A stretch of 64,000 bases of DNA. Source: Octopus sinensis (lineage: Eukaryota). The DNA lies in the NCBI RefSeq assembly GCF_006345805.1, contig NC_042999.1, positions 145,328,001 through 145,392,000 of the forward strand, read 5' to 3'. Position 1 is the stretch's first letter; each line of letters begins with the position of its first letter. Below, piece by piece: positions 40,250 through 53,958 of the stretch. The position numbers and the translations under genes are program-made. The notes below the pieces were generated by a model. The model did no database searches. It saw only the letters and a list, made by a program, of their open reading frames with translations, and was not told the DNA's origin.

Positions 40250-41140
40250 TCCGGGAATCGATACAATTAATGCCAAGGACATATTTTCCAATGGCTACAG
40301 TGAATCTATAAGGCCAACGACATAACCATTGTTGGTCTTTACAAGCCTCCCAAACACCTCTAAAGTGCTTTGAAGAATGCCTAAACAAAATCCAGTCCTT
40401 TCTTCAAAAATACAATTCTGGAAACATACTGGTGATGGGTGATTTCAATCTCCCTTATGTAAACTGGCCTACAAATACTCTGACACAACTAGTGCTTGAA
40501 CGAACAAGACAGAATAAAACGATCTTGGATCTGATATTAAAAAAACATTCTAGCCCCATTCACAGCATTTCAGGTCAAAAAACTTTCTTTTTTAACCACG
40601 ACATGATACACTGCAACTTTAATTTTCAGCGTATCAAAACTAAACCAGTCCATCTCACTCCACTGCACTTATTTGATAGCATAAACTTCCACAAGGCGGA
40701 CTGGGGAGCAGTTAGAAATGATCTGTCTTTTATCGACTGGTCCTTCACTCTGAGTTAAACTGACATTGAAACTACATGGCAGTTCTTTGAGGACATTATC
40801 ACCTACACATGCTCAAAATACGCTACTACGAAATTCACTAGCACAAACAGAAACAGGGTCCCTAGAGAGAAAAATCACTCACCAGGTGCATCCAAACACT
40901 TAATAAAAAAAATCAACCAATTTAAATACTTCACATTCAACAATAATTAAAATGCTTGAGTGGAAAAAACTTCATTTGCAGAACAACATAAAAACCTGCA
41001 TTGAAAATCAAAGAGTTGAAAAGGAACAGTGGGTTAAAATAATTAAACTGAACCCCAGATTGTTCTATTCATATGCAAATAAGCATGCAGAAACAATATT
41101 GCTGTCTTTAGTGATCCCACTATTGACACAGATGTGAACG
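40250..41140 (+). mobile_element. CR1-like LINE APE endonuclease region, decayed
   Basis: TIVGLYKPP...EECLNKIQSFL...ILVMGDFNLPYVNW...TRQNKTILDLIL...NHDMI. Confidence 0.8.
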
Positions 41141-41207
41141 AAGTTGATTCTCAGCAAATAATATCGGGCATAACATACATACGCATACATACACGTATTT
41201 ATACACA

Positions 41208-41504
41208 CAAACCTCATAAGAGAAAAAAATCTGTAAATTTTTTCACTTGAAAATATTTATTTATATTATATAGAGGGCATTATTACACATAAATGCCACA
41301 CGCTAGGAGGGACTTTTAAAGTCATAACTACCAAAAATAAACAAATCGTACCGAATGCAGCTCTCGAAGCAAGACATTTAAAAACAATTTGTTTTTAAAT
41401 GTCTTGCTTCGAGAGCTGTATTCGGTACGATTTGTTTATTTTTTGTAGTTATGACTTAAAAGTCCCTCCTAGCGTGTGGTATTTATGTGTAATAATGCCC
41501 TCTA
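41208..41504. mobile_element. Fold-back of the 3' end of the AATGCCCTCTA family
   Basis: Arms of about 117 bp, 41271-41387 and 41389-41504, are near-perfect reverse complements. Confidence 0.85.
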
Positions 41505-41557
41505 TATATATATATATATATATATACATACATACGCACATTTATATATGTATATAT

Positions 41558-41602
<45 letters not shown>

Positions 41603-42477
41603 ATATATATAAATATGCAAATGCACACACACACACAATGCAAACACACACATACACACACAAGATCACATATACTTTGTATCCCAGCTAAAATGGCTGA
41701 ATTTAATTTGTCATATTTTCAATAATATGAAAAATTAAATTTATTATTATTTTCAAATATTAATAAATTTACATGAAACTTTCACAAATTATTCATGAAA
41801 TGAAATTTACTGTATATAATTTGCAATTTTATATTACTGTAATTTATAGTTTTATAATTTTATAGTTATATAATGTCATTATGCCTTTTGCTGTTCGAAA
41901 TGTGCAAGTTGGTATGAAATGAAGTATATTTTTCTTTGTTGAAACAGATAATGACACCTTGATACAATAAAGAATATTTTGGGCCGGAAGTTCTTAGGCA
42001 TTTTGCGACTAGAGGACTGGGCAAGGAGTTGCTGCAATAGCTATCTAGCGGTAGGGATGAACTATTTCTGCTTGTATAGTTGTGCGTTCGGAATGTGCTA
42101 CTTTACTCAAATGAGGCAGTTTTCAATTAAAATAGCAATCAATGCATCGTATATAATGTAGATCAGTTATTGCCATATTTGTCCTGAAATGAGATATCTA
42201 ATGGACTTACTGTCTTGAAAACAAAATAAACATCAGATAGAGACGAAAATTTGCTCTAACAGCGGCCAGCGAAAGCACCAGATGCCTTCCAACCCTTTCG
42301 GACCTTTTAAATGACGCGTAATTACAGCCAATGACATGTTCGGACGAAAATTCCACGTCCCTGTTACAAGAAAGATTCACAGATATTGCAAATAGCCGTT
42401 CAACAGTCTTCATAATTAAGCACAGCCATACCTTCAGAGACTCGCTAGCGAACGGAAGCAGTATCATACATACATGC

Positions 42478-42524
<47 letters not shown>

Positions 42525-43599
42525 ATATATGTATATACATATACGAAATACTGTGTCATTACATCACTGGCTTTCACCTCACCCATCACCACCACCACAA
42601 CTCATTACCACCCTGTTCCATACCTGCTTTTCTCTATAAATTATAATTATAATCCCAATAATAGTAATATACACCTCCTCTTTATCATCGTTGTCATCGT
42701 TGCCATCTTCCCCATCGTCGTTGTCGTCGTCGTCCTCATTGTCGTCGTCGTCGTCGTCGTCATCATCATCATCATCATCATCGAATTTATCACCAATATC
42801 ATTATTGTCATTATTTTCCTTTCCAATTTCTGTCGTACCATTTTCCTTCTATCACTCTGCGCACAAAACTCAAACAATTGTTTCACAAATCATTAAAAAA
42901 ATAATAATAAAGAAAAAAACCAAACAAACAAACGAAAGAAAATAACATCTATTTCTATGGATTTGCAAATTTAAAAGCTTAGCGAAGCGGTATGAAGATA
43001 AAAATATAATTCTCTGACACTAGCTGGGTAGGTAGCTAGTAACTTTATACCTTAAATCTTTTTATTCTAGTATTATTGATTCAAAGAAATAACTATAATA
43101 TATAATAAAGTAAAAACAAATACAAAGACAAATATAAAAAAAACAACTAAAAAGCACAAAAAGAGAGAATACCCGTATGAATAAGTAAATAGATATTAAA
43201 GCAATATATTGGAGCATTCGGATTCCCAAATCGATATTTAAGCATTTTAAATCATATTAGGTTTCCATGTGATGCTTCTTAAAGAAGAGAATTTCAATGA
43301 ATTTTTTTTCCTTTCCGTGTTATTTAGTTAATTTTGTGTTTTCATTTCATTGGTTAAATGTATTATTATTATTACGATTTTGCGAAACTCACCGTATCTA
43401 CCCTTGTAAGTGTCTGTTCATCTGCTGCAGTTATGGCAAAGAGAAGTTCAAGCTTTGTCTTTTCTTCTGCCGGGGTCGATAAGATAACTACCAATCGGTT
43501 ACTGGGTTGATGTAATCGGCTCAGCCCCTCCCCAATCTATAAAGTTTCAGACTTTTTTCCTATAGTAGAAAAGATTATTATTATTGGGATTCAAAGTGT

Positions 43600-44010
43600 A
43601 GCACAAGGTCAGCGGTTTCCGGGAAGGGGGTAAGACGTTTACATCAACTCCAGCGTTCAACTGGTACTTATTTTATCGACTCTGAAAGGCTGAAAGGCAA
43701 ATTCGACTACAGTGGAATTTGAAATCAGAACGTGAAGACATTTTGCCTGGCGTGCTAACAATTCTGTCAGCTCGCCGCCTAATGTTGTATCATTATCACG
43801 AAAATTAATAAGGCGGCGAATTGGCAGAATCGTTACCATGTCGGGCAAAACACCAAGCATAATTTCGTTTGTCTTTACATTCTGGGTTCAAATTCCGCCG
43901 AGGTCGACTTTGCCTTTCCTTTCATCCTTTCGGGGTCGATTAAATATGTATCAGTGGGACACTGGAGTCGGTGTTATCGACTATCCGCTTTCCACTAAAT
44001 TTAAGGCCGT
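43600..44010. mobile_element. Two head-to-head tRNA-derived SINEs
   Basis: Minus copy ends CTCGCCGCCT at 43780; plus copy starts AAGGCGGCGAATTGGCAGAATCG at about 43810. Confidence 0.85.
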
Positions 44011-44099
44011 GTGCATATATACATATGCACATACACATGTATATATCAAATACTTATTACATGCACTATACATATATACTAGCTTAAAAGCCGCCCGAT

Positions 44100-44370
44100 A
44101 TATAGACTAGTTTAAAAGTCTCCTGTGGAGGGCTCTTCATTGGGCCTTGGGCCCAACAATGACATTTTCACATTAAATTTTATTAAACTTATTAATCTTA
44201 AAGACAACAATAAGGATTTTAAGTTAGATTGGTTCATCCTGTCCATCTCTTTGCCTATGACAAGGGCAAAGGTTTTTGTAACATTTGTAACTCTGAACTC
44301 TTCCATATTCTCTAAGAATCATCTTGTTAACACACTTATAGAGCGATCTTACAAGTGTAAGCACTAGCAA
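44100..44370 (+). mobile_element. PLE GIY-YIG C-terminal remnant
   Basis: KDFKLDWFILSISL, then in other frames YDKGKGFCNICNSELFHIL and KNHLVNTLIERSYKCKH*. Confidence 0.8.
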
Positions 44371-44660
44371 AAACATACCCTTGGCTCATATAGGTGATTT
44401 TACCAGTCTGTATAGTTTGAACGTTTAGTTCACCTTGCGCTTTACTTCAATAGAGAAATCCACTTCCAAGCCTTTGGACATTTTTTCAACCAATATATCC
44501 CTCTTTATTTGTTCTCTACTTATTATTTCTTTACCCCTTCTCTTCCTAGGGTCTGCCTTTGACGTCGGATCTATGAACAGTTTTTTTAAATACTTAATAG
44601 CGTTCTGTTTATCATTTATGCAGTCATAAAAATTGTTATAATGTCTTGTTGTTGAGATAG

Positions 44661-44764
44661 GTTCTCTTTCTTTCCTGATGAGAAGATTACATTATTTTAC
44701 ACCGTTTATTCCTTTGGAATAAAACCATGTTGTCTCCGAAACATATGTCGAGAGTAAAAGAATT
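44661..44764 (+). ncRNA. Type-I hammerhead motif in the PLE 3' region
   Basis: CUUUC-CUGAUGA-GAAGA[46 nt]UCUCC-GAA-ACAUAUGU-C^GAGAG, with an extendable stem I. Confidence 0.8.
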
Positions 44765-44948
44765 TGAATAACGAGTGTGTTTAACTCCATTTATTTACCT
44801 ATGTGTGTGTTTAACTCCATTTATTTACTTATGTGTGTGTGTGTGTGTGTGTGTTTTACATATATATACTTTATTAATAAAGCTGCAAAGACATTACAAG
44901 AGCTGTTACACAGAGTTCGTCGATCAGTTTTGGTTGAGTTTCTCAACC

Positions 44949-44994
44949 AAAGCTGTCCGATGAACGGGAACATGAAACTCTGAGTAACAGTTTT
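44949..44994 (+). ncRNA. Hammerhead motif with a U4C core change, in a fold-back (44868-45022)
   Basis: AAAGCUGU-CCGAUGA-ACGGGAACAU-GAA-ACUC-U-GAGU-A^ACAGUUUU. Confidence 0.6.
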
Positions 44995-45092
44995 TGTGAT
45001 GTCTTTGCTGCTTTATTAATGAAGCATATTTCTCTATCCCTGGTATTCGAGTATTTTTTTCACCTTGTTTCACATTTACGTGTTTACTCAGG

Positions 45093-45229
<137 letters not shown>

Positions 45230-45883
45230 GACTGTCTGTCTGTCTGTCTTTCTTTCTATCCTGTTTCTGTGTGTTCGTGTGTATGTGTAGCATGTATGAG
45301 TACGGTGCGTGTGTTTGTGAGTGTATGTGTATTTGTATGTATGCGTATGCGTGCATGTGCGTGTGTAGTTTGGGATTCGATTTTTTCTGCAGTATATCGA
45401 GCCGCAGAACAACAGTTCCATCATTGATTTGACACTGAAAGACGAAATGGAAAAGGGAAGACTCGTAAATAATTATACTTTTCTATGTAATGTGTGTGTC
45501 CGCCTTTGTGATATCGAACTATGTTTACAAATGTATAAATAATGATGTGAATCGAGTAAGTTAGTTTGATAAAATTATGAGACAGGCAGAAAGAGAGAGA
45601 GAGAGGAAAGAGAGAGAGAGAGAGAGTGAGTGAGTGAGTGTTTGTGTGTGTGTGAGAGAGAGAGAGAGAGAACATGGAGAGAAAATTATGCAAAAATTTT
45701 CAGAAAGCTTGTTTGGGAGAATGTACATCAGCTAACTGTTAAAAGCTTTTATGTTCGAACAGAGACACGCCACACAGAAAAACACCTTTGCCCTATGAAC
45801 AGCCAGCCATACACATATGTTCAAATCTGTTTGGCTGGGATTGTTTGTATATTATGTCTATATGTTTGCAAGTATATATTTTG

Positions 45884-46006
<123 letters not shown>

Positions 46007-46036
46007 GCCTACCTACCTACCTATATACCTACCTAC

Positions 46037-46106
<70 letters not shown>

Positions 46107-46699
46107 GTATGTATGTATGTATGTATGTATGTATGTCTGTCTGTCTGTCTGTCCGTCTGTCTGTCTGTATATCTGTTGTTTGTCTGTCTGTCTATCTACA
46201 TGTCTGTCTGTGTGTAATGTCTATATGTACATGTATCATATATATATATATGTGTGTGTGTATATAATATATATGCGTGTGTGCTCATGTGTAATATGTA
46301 CATGTAAATAAATCACACACACACACACGTATAATATAATTATATATAATATAATATACACAAATACATATATACGCATTATATTGTATCATGCAGTGCG
46401 AATAAGTATGTCATTGTTCAGTTTTATTTCAAGATTTCTTGCCAAAAGAAAAAGAGTCGGTTTCTAACCTAGATTCAAGGCTCCTTCATTGGAATTTCAA
46501 TATCAACAACAGGGTATTTTTATATGTATGCATGCATGCATGCATGCATGCATGTATGTATGTATGTATGTATGTATGTATGTATGTATGTATGTATGTA
46601 TGTATGTATGTATGAATGAATGTATATGTGCAGATTTGTATATTTTGCTTTAAGTATGTATTCTCATGCATATAGTTGCATATCTAGACATGGTCATAT

Positions 46700-46900
46700 A
46701 TATCTAAATGATAAACTTCTGCAAAGTTTTACAGATCTTTACAATTCCAGTGATGGATTGAATCTGTAGATTTCGAATTAGCTTTCTCTTTTCTTGTTTT
46801 GCGAATCTTAATTTCTCAAGAATGGTATTTAGGCATTGTGTTACACATTCCAGGGCCCCAATAATTACAGGTATAAACCTGAACTTGTAATCTGGATACG
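46700..46900 (-). mobile_element. REL-type non-LTR retrotransposon C-terminus
   Basis: YPDYKFRFIPVIIGALECV...LQIQSITGIVKICKTLQKFII*. Confidence 0.7.
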
Positions 46901-47099
46901 TATATATGTACACACACACACACACACACCACACACACACACACACACACACTCACACACACATATATATATGAATGTATATATGGTAAATGAAAGACGG
47001 AAGATGGAATATACGAGAGTTTATTATTAATTATTAATCACGACAGTTGTTTCAATACATCTAGCAGTGAGCTGCCAGGTGTAAACCATTCGATTTATT

Positions 47100-47174
<75 letters not shown>

Positions 47175-47284
47175 GTATGTATATATGTATACGTATATAT
47201 ATATGTATATATATATATATATATATATCTGTGTGTGTGTGTGTGTGTGTGTTGGTGTGTGTGTGTGTGTGTGTGTGTGTATGT

Positions 47285-47520
47285 CTGAAGGTGCGTGTCC
47301 TAGTAGTTAGGTAGTCGTAGTTGCACTCACGATTGCAAGATGATGGGTTTCGATTTCCACGCCAGCAGTGCTTTGTGAAGAGCAGAGTATTTCATTTGAC
47401 GTTGTTCAAGTTCACTCAGCGGTAAGTGTGCAACCCTGCGACTGACTGGAGCTCTGTTCGGGGGGAATGTTGGCCTGCCCGTTAGCCAGTGCTGTGGTAT
47501 CACTCGAAAGCTGCAACAAT
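47285..47520 (+). mobile_element. tRNA-derived SINE
   Basis: GAAGGTGCGTGTCCTAGTAGTTAGG...GGGTTTCGATTTCC head. Confidence 0.7.
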
Positions 47521-47559
47521 GTGAGGAATGGCATTGTAATGAGCAGTGCATGGCAGAAT

Positions 47560-47920
47560 CCGATAGTCTGGGCGACACAGTGCTACAGAATGAGTGACGA
47601 AAGAATACCCAAAGTCCTCATATACAGCCAGCTTGCTAGCGGGCACACGAATGTTGGCCGAGCATGGTTCAGATATAAGGACAATCTGAAGAGTAAACTC
47701 TCAACAGTGAAGATAACTCACAACACCATTGAGTGAACAGACTCGGAGCGAACGAAATGGAGATCATTGTGTCAAAAATGGTACTAGAAATTTTATCGCA
47801 ACCAGCATTAATAAGCTTTGGGGTGCAAGGCAAAAGAGAAAAGCGGCTGCAAATATACTACCTGTACTGACCTGTAATCCTTATACTTGCAAATCGTTAG
47901 CGGGAATTAAATGTTATTAG
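47560..47920 (+). mobile_element. RTE/BovB-like LINE 3' end
   Basis: YRMSDERIPKVLIYSQLASGHTNVGRAWFRYKDNLK...RTKWRSLC...TCKSLAGI. Confidence 0.85.
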
Positions 47921-48290
47921 GCATAAGCATTATGACTAAGAAAGAGTAGGTTGTCGGATCATCATACGTCGAAACCGACGGGAGAGTCCAACCTCCTCCT
48001 CCTCCTCCTCCTCCTCCTCCTCCTCTCCTCCTCCCCTCCCCCTCCTCCTCCTCCTCCTCCTCCTCATCATCATCTTATACATATATATGTATATGTAGGT
48101 TATGTTTAAAAGTAAAATTTAGATAAGACTTTAAAATGTAGTATCCAAACCTTGTTTCGGGTATGTCCCTAGTAGTGTGCCTTGAGAGCACGTTCACCAC
48201 ATACGGCTACCAGGCGTCATATGTGGTATTGCACTTCAGTCGTAGAATCTATGTAAGGAATTTCACGGTGCATGTTTAGTATTTTTTGGC

Positions 48291-48332
<42 letters not shown>

Positions 48333-48334
<2 letters not shown>

Positions 48335-49588
48335 GGGGTTGTACAAGATAATGGAAACACCTTAAAATTTCAAACAAATTTATTTTAATATGGAGTAGGA
48401 CCGCCTTTGCCAGTAATTACAGCTTGAATTCTACGAGGCATGGACTCGCACAAGGTTTGAATTGTTTCCAAAGGAATTTTTGTCCATTCTTCAGCTAAAA
48501 CAGTCTCTAGTTCTTGTAGTGATGGTGGTGGAGGATATAGACTCCTTAATTTTTTCTAAAATGCACCATAAATGTTCAATAATATTGAGATCTGGGACTG
48601 TGGTGGCCAGATAAGATGTTCAACTTCATTAAAACGTTCCTCGTGCCATTCAGTAACAACTTTAGCTGTGTAAATTGGTGCATTATCATCATGAATGATT
48701 GCGTTTCTCTCTGGAAACGGTTCCGCAACCATAAGATGAATTTGATCAGATAAAATGCTTAAATAGTCTTGACTATTAATTCTGCCATGAAGGGAAACCA
48801 CTGGGCCGACGGATTTCCTAGATATAGCCCCCCAGATCATCACAGATCCTCCTGCATGTTTAACAGTTGGAAGAAGGTAGTCTGGGTCAAATACTTCATT
48901 TGGCTGTCTCCACACGTATACTCGGCCAGTGGAAATAAAGTAAAGGATGACTTGTCCGAGAAAATAACATTCTTCCACTGCTCTAGGGACCAATTCTGTA
49001 AGTGTTTACTCCAATCTAAACGCTTTGTAACGTTCGATTTTGAAAATAGTGGTTTTCTGATTGCAGCCTTCCCGTGAAATCTGGCTTTGTGCAGTTCCCG
49101 GCGAACAGGTTTTGTGGAAATTGGGTCCTCGAGGTGGTTTAAGCTCTGCAGTACTTTTGGGAGCTCTACTTTTGTGATCCTTTCTAACAATTCGCGTAAG
49201 TGTCCGACGGTCCCAATCTGAAAGTTTTGGTTTTCTTCCGGAGTTTTGTTTCGACGAGGAGGCTTTCCCCTCTTTCTCAAAGGCTGTCATTACTTTCGAG
49301 ACAATACTTCTTGATACACCAAACATTTCAACTGTTTTCGTTATGCTAGCGCCTGTCGTACGAGCACCAACAATTTAACCTCTTTGGAAGTTCGATAGAT
49401 TTGTCATTTTAATGAATTTTAATTACCTTTTTCTGATGATATCTGAAAAGAAACAGCAATTTTAGCAAAACATATTAAACAACACTAATACTAAAAAAAT
49501 AAATAAACAAGCTTTTGGCGGTTTTATAGATATTTCAAAATTATGATGCTACGATGCTAGGTGTTTCCTTTATTTTGTCCAACCCCTG
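48333..49588 (-). mobile_element. Near full-length Tc1-like transposon, frameshifted
   Basis: TIRs TAGGGGTTGTACAAGATAATGGAAACACC / GGTGTTTCCTTTATTTTGTCCAACCCCTG. Transposase pieces GRKPKLS, RRELHK, VIFSDKS, VKHAGGSVMIWG, HDDNAP, WPPQS. Confidence 0.93.
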
Positions 49589-49643
49589 TTTATACATACA
49601 TACATACATACATACATACATACATACATACACACACACACGT

Positions 49644-49676
<33 letters not shown>

Positions 49677-50457
49677 CATATATATATGAATGTATGCGTG
49701 TAAGTATGTATATATATATAAAACTAAATGTACAACCGAAAGAGCTACTAATAGTTTCATGCTGTTATGATACTTGGACAGGTTTATTTGTAGAATATTC
49801 TATGTATCTTAAAGTAATCTTTGAGGGTCTGTTTATGCGTTATATATATATATTTAAAAAGAAAGACGCTTCATCACTCCAAACAGTCTTTGTTGGAAAT
49901 TGTTCATGCTCTATACATCTTGCGAAGTGAGACCATGGATTATACTTGAAATGTAACATTTCAAATGAATGTTCGTTAAAATGCAATAGATGTATAATTT
50001 TCAAATTCTTAACTCAAGACTCACTTCTTGCAAAGGTTTTTGTTTTTAGTACCACTTCTTGAGTTGGGTGACTCTCCCTGAACGCTTCTTGTGGACAAAC
50101 TGGATATTTCCCATCTGGTTAAAACTTATCTCTTACTCGAATGATGGTAAATCTCTTATATGGATCTGTTTCCCTCTTAAACTGTTTTTGCCCTTGTTTT
50201 GCATTTTCAACCTACTGTAACACTTTTGCAAAAATTTTCTTTGGTAAAAGTTTAGTCCGGCTTCCTTTATTAGACCTAATGTGTTAAATCTACACAGAAA
50301 TGAAAATGAAGTCAGTTATGTGTGTGCGCGTGTGCATGTGCATGCGCGTATGTGCGTGCGTGTGTGTGTGTGTAAGTTTGGGCAATTTAACGACACAAGT
50401 GTTTTTCTCTGGACCATTCGATCCTTCCCTTTTTTCCTCATCTCTAGACTTTTACCC

Positions 50458-50548
<91 letters not shown>

Positions 50549-51761
50549 AACGGTGAAAAGAACCTATGCTCGGCTGCTTAGACTAAAATACATAAAGATT
50601 GCAAAAAGATAGATCTGAGAGTGAATAAAAATATCTAATCCATAATCGTTCGTCTGATTTCCCGTTCAGGCATAAGCTAAACAATATATATTTGTCAGTA
50701 CAGATTAAATATTTTGAATACAAATTGTATTTATGTATACATATGCGTGTGCATGTGTGTATGTGTGTGTATCGTTATCTTCTCGTATTAGTTCACTGAA
50801 TTTTTATAAATCCTCAATTGTTTTTCTTTTTATCGAACAGCTTTTATTGAGTCACAAATTGCAATGAAATCTCCATAAAAATAATTTACTATAGGAAAAA
50901 TAATTACTTGTACTTGATATTTCTACTTAAATTATATTTAGTACAGAATGTATAAACAGAACATGTTAATACTAAATAATAGTTAACCCATAGAGAATAT
51001 TATGAGAATTAAATCATTGTTTTTTAAAAACTACTCAAGAAAACAACATTCTTAAAATGTCGTTGATTTCTGGATGTGTATTCGCTAGCTATATATAACT
51101 GGAACAAGTCTGCTTGCCGGAATCCATTTTCCTCTTAATTATATAAATCCACATGAAGTGGTTTCGTCTCGACAAACTGTAGGAATACTCACCAATATTA
51201 CTAGACTACTGGGCTATAAAATGAGAAGTGTCAGTGTCGGATTCAGGATTCATTAGCGTCAAGTTTGTTACGACACCAGCTTCTCCATATTATAGCCCTC
51301 ACCATCTGAAGCTCTGATATTTTCATGTGGAATTAAAGAAACCTCGTTGCATTGTCAATAAAATAAACCTACATAGAAACAATCTAATTTTGTTTTCCAA
51401 TTCATTTTCAAGATAGAAACTAGTATATTCTGATTCCGTAATACAGATTCATTGAGAAATACGGTGTTTAAATTCTAGTTTTAAAATATCCTTTGACAAT
51501 CTTTGATGGAAATATTTGATGTAAGTGCATTTCACTCATTTATTTAATATTCTTTTTGTTTTCATATTCATTAAGAGATTAATGTTGGTGCCAAGTGTTA
51601 ATGGACAAAACCGAGATAATACAAGACTACAAAGGTGCATCGTGAACTTCATGATTTATCCTTAAATAAAATCAACCACAGCAACGTAGTTAGTCCATTG
51701 TAGATTCTTTCAATAATTGGCTACGCGCCATATTACAATAAATCAATATTACAATTTAAAC

Positions 51762-51958
51762 AGAGGCTGCAAGCTAGCAGAATCGGTACCGCGTTTTTCT
51801 CGACTTTAAGTTCTGAGTTCAAATGACGCCGGGTTCCAATTTGGCTTTTATCCTTTCAGAGTCGATATAATAAGTACCAGCTAAGCACTGGGGTGGATAT
51901 AATCAATTTAATACCTTCCCCTAAATTATTGACCTTGTGCCAAAATTTGAAATCAATA
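51762..51958 (+). mobile_element. tRNA-derived SINE, decayed
   Basis: GAGGCTGCAAGCTAGCAGAATCGG...GTTCTGAGTTCAAATG...GTGCCAAAATTTGAAA. Confidence 0.75.
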
Positions 51959-52613
51959 TTACAATTTAAACTGGAAACCTAAATTACGAACGGGTAAAGT
52001 ATTATACGTAAATCCCAGCAGTGACATACTGGTTTCTATGTTGGATCATAAGAGCCGTGCTGAAAATGCAGTTTCCATCGTAAGATACAAGGGAGGTGCA
52101 TCCTGAAGAAATCTCCCAGTTATTTGCTCCAATCTCGTTAGAAGTTTTCTAACGAGAATTAACAGATTACAAAACAACCACCCCTTTAACAGCACTACTG
52201 TTGCTTATAGCTGCTAATTAGAATAATTACTTATTTGTAGTCTTTGTCATTTAGCGCCAGGCTAACAGTATAATGTTCCAGCAGAATCAGATTCTGATTG
52301 TAAGGCAAAAGCTTGAACTGACTCTCCATGAATATAATACGTAGAAATTTATCATCTCTATGATTTTTCTGCGTGTGTGCATATATTGATTGATTGATTG
52401 ATTCTAGTTTCAGCTTATGAGCTGTGGCCATGCTGGGGCACCACCATATATTATAATTATATATATAATTATAACAAGGGCTTGGCTAGTGCCTCACCAC
52501 GCACTGAAAAATAGATGCCAAAAGATACTGTTATCACTATAAATTCTCCGAGAAAAACACACTACATAATAGGCTAGCAGAAGAAAGAAAATGAATTAAA
52601 ACTTTGATTAACT

Positions 52614-52672
52614 GCGTACACGATTGTGTTTCGAACTTAATAAAAAACATTACCCATTACTTTCATCAGCGT
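52614..52672 (-). ncRNA. Degenerate hammerhead motif
   Basis: CG-CUGAUGA-[30 nt, poor stem II]-GAA-ACAC-AAUC-GUGU-A^CG; next to a 14-bp hairpin at 52667-52699. Confidence 0.5.
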
Positions 52673-52804
52673 CGGTAATTAGAATAATTACCGACGCTGT
52701 AATTATTTGAACTCAAAAGGTTCAAACGGCGTGGTGTATTGGAGTGACTTCTCATCAGGTTTGTATATGTGTGTACGTGTATGTATGCATATATGTGTGT
52801 GTAC

Positions 52805-52836
<32 letters not shown>

Positions 52837-53619
52837 CAAACACCAAATATGCATATACATATACAAAGAAACAGGGAGGGAGAGAGGGTAAGAGGAAGAG
52901 AGAGACAGGGAGAGAGAAATGGATAGAGAGTGAAAGAACTACAACACCGATTAGCATGTTCGCATTCAAATCTGCCGGAACGTATAAGGAATGAATTCTG
53001 TATTCTCGTTGAAGTTCGTGCACATGCTGATTATACATACAGACACAGACACAGACACACACAGATACACACTCATAGGTGACTTATATGCAGTGAAAAT
53101 TTTTGTTCCACTCACTTCTTAGGATCATAATGACGATTAAACTTTCTGATATGATACAGACGAATAAACAAGTACATTTAATGACAAAAAGTGAAGGTCA
53201 TGTACATTAGTTTTATATCTTGAGTACAGTGTAAATAAGTATGATCTCTTGAGATGGACGTTACTTTTGTAAATGAATACTCAGTCTAACAGAAGAAATC
53301 TAAAGTAAATGTCATGAGCAGGCCAATCTGGTATAAGAATATAAATGTATTCGTAGTACTTGAATCTTACTCTGTTTCATCGACGCCAGAAGAATGAAAA
53401 GTGAAGTTCACCTCAACGGAATTCGAACAGAAATGCTAAAGATATATTGCGGTGTACTTTAGCTTCTTTAGTCTCCTTTAGTTCCATTTAGATTCAGTGC
53501 ATCTAATGGGGCTTATAAATTCGACCAAAACCCTCAGAATGATGGGGTAGAAAGAAGTGATTTCTTTCTCTTATATTTTTATTATTATTATTTTTATTAT
53601 TTATATATATAAACGTTAA

Positions 53620-53770
53620 CACGCCGGGCGAAATGCGTAGCCGTATTTAGTCTGCCGTTACGTTCTGAGTTCAAATTCCGCCTAGGTCGACTTTGTCTTT
53701 CATCCTTTCGCGGTCGATAAATAAGTACCAGCTGCGTTCAGGGTTCGCGGGCCTTGTGCCTAGAGTAGGA
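53620..53770 (+). mobile_element. SINE fragment
   Basis: CACGCCGGGCGAAATGC...GTTCAAATTCCGCCTAGGTCGACTTTG. Confidence 0.8.
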
Positions 53771-53926
53771 AAGTACATTAGTACATCAGCTGATGCATTA
53801 AAATAACCGCTGAAAAAACTCTGCTGTAACTTTTCATTTCTTCTGCTATTTGGTGCTAGCGCTCTCATTGTTACTGCGGTTGCTATTCTTGTAACTGAGC
53901 AACAGCAAACAACAACAACAACAACA

Positions 53927-53958
<32 letters not shown>

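Noticed and set aside
49430-49460. CTGATGA..GAAA inside the Tc1 5' region
   Set aside because: No stem II or III; chance match.
49990-50250. Protein-like minus-strand frame (KQFKRETDPYKRF...)
   Set aside because: Interrupted by stops and unrecognised.
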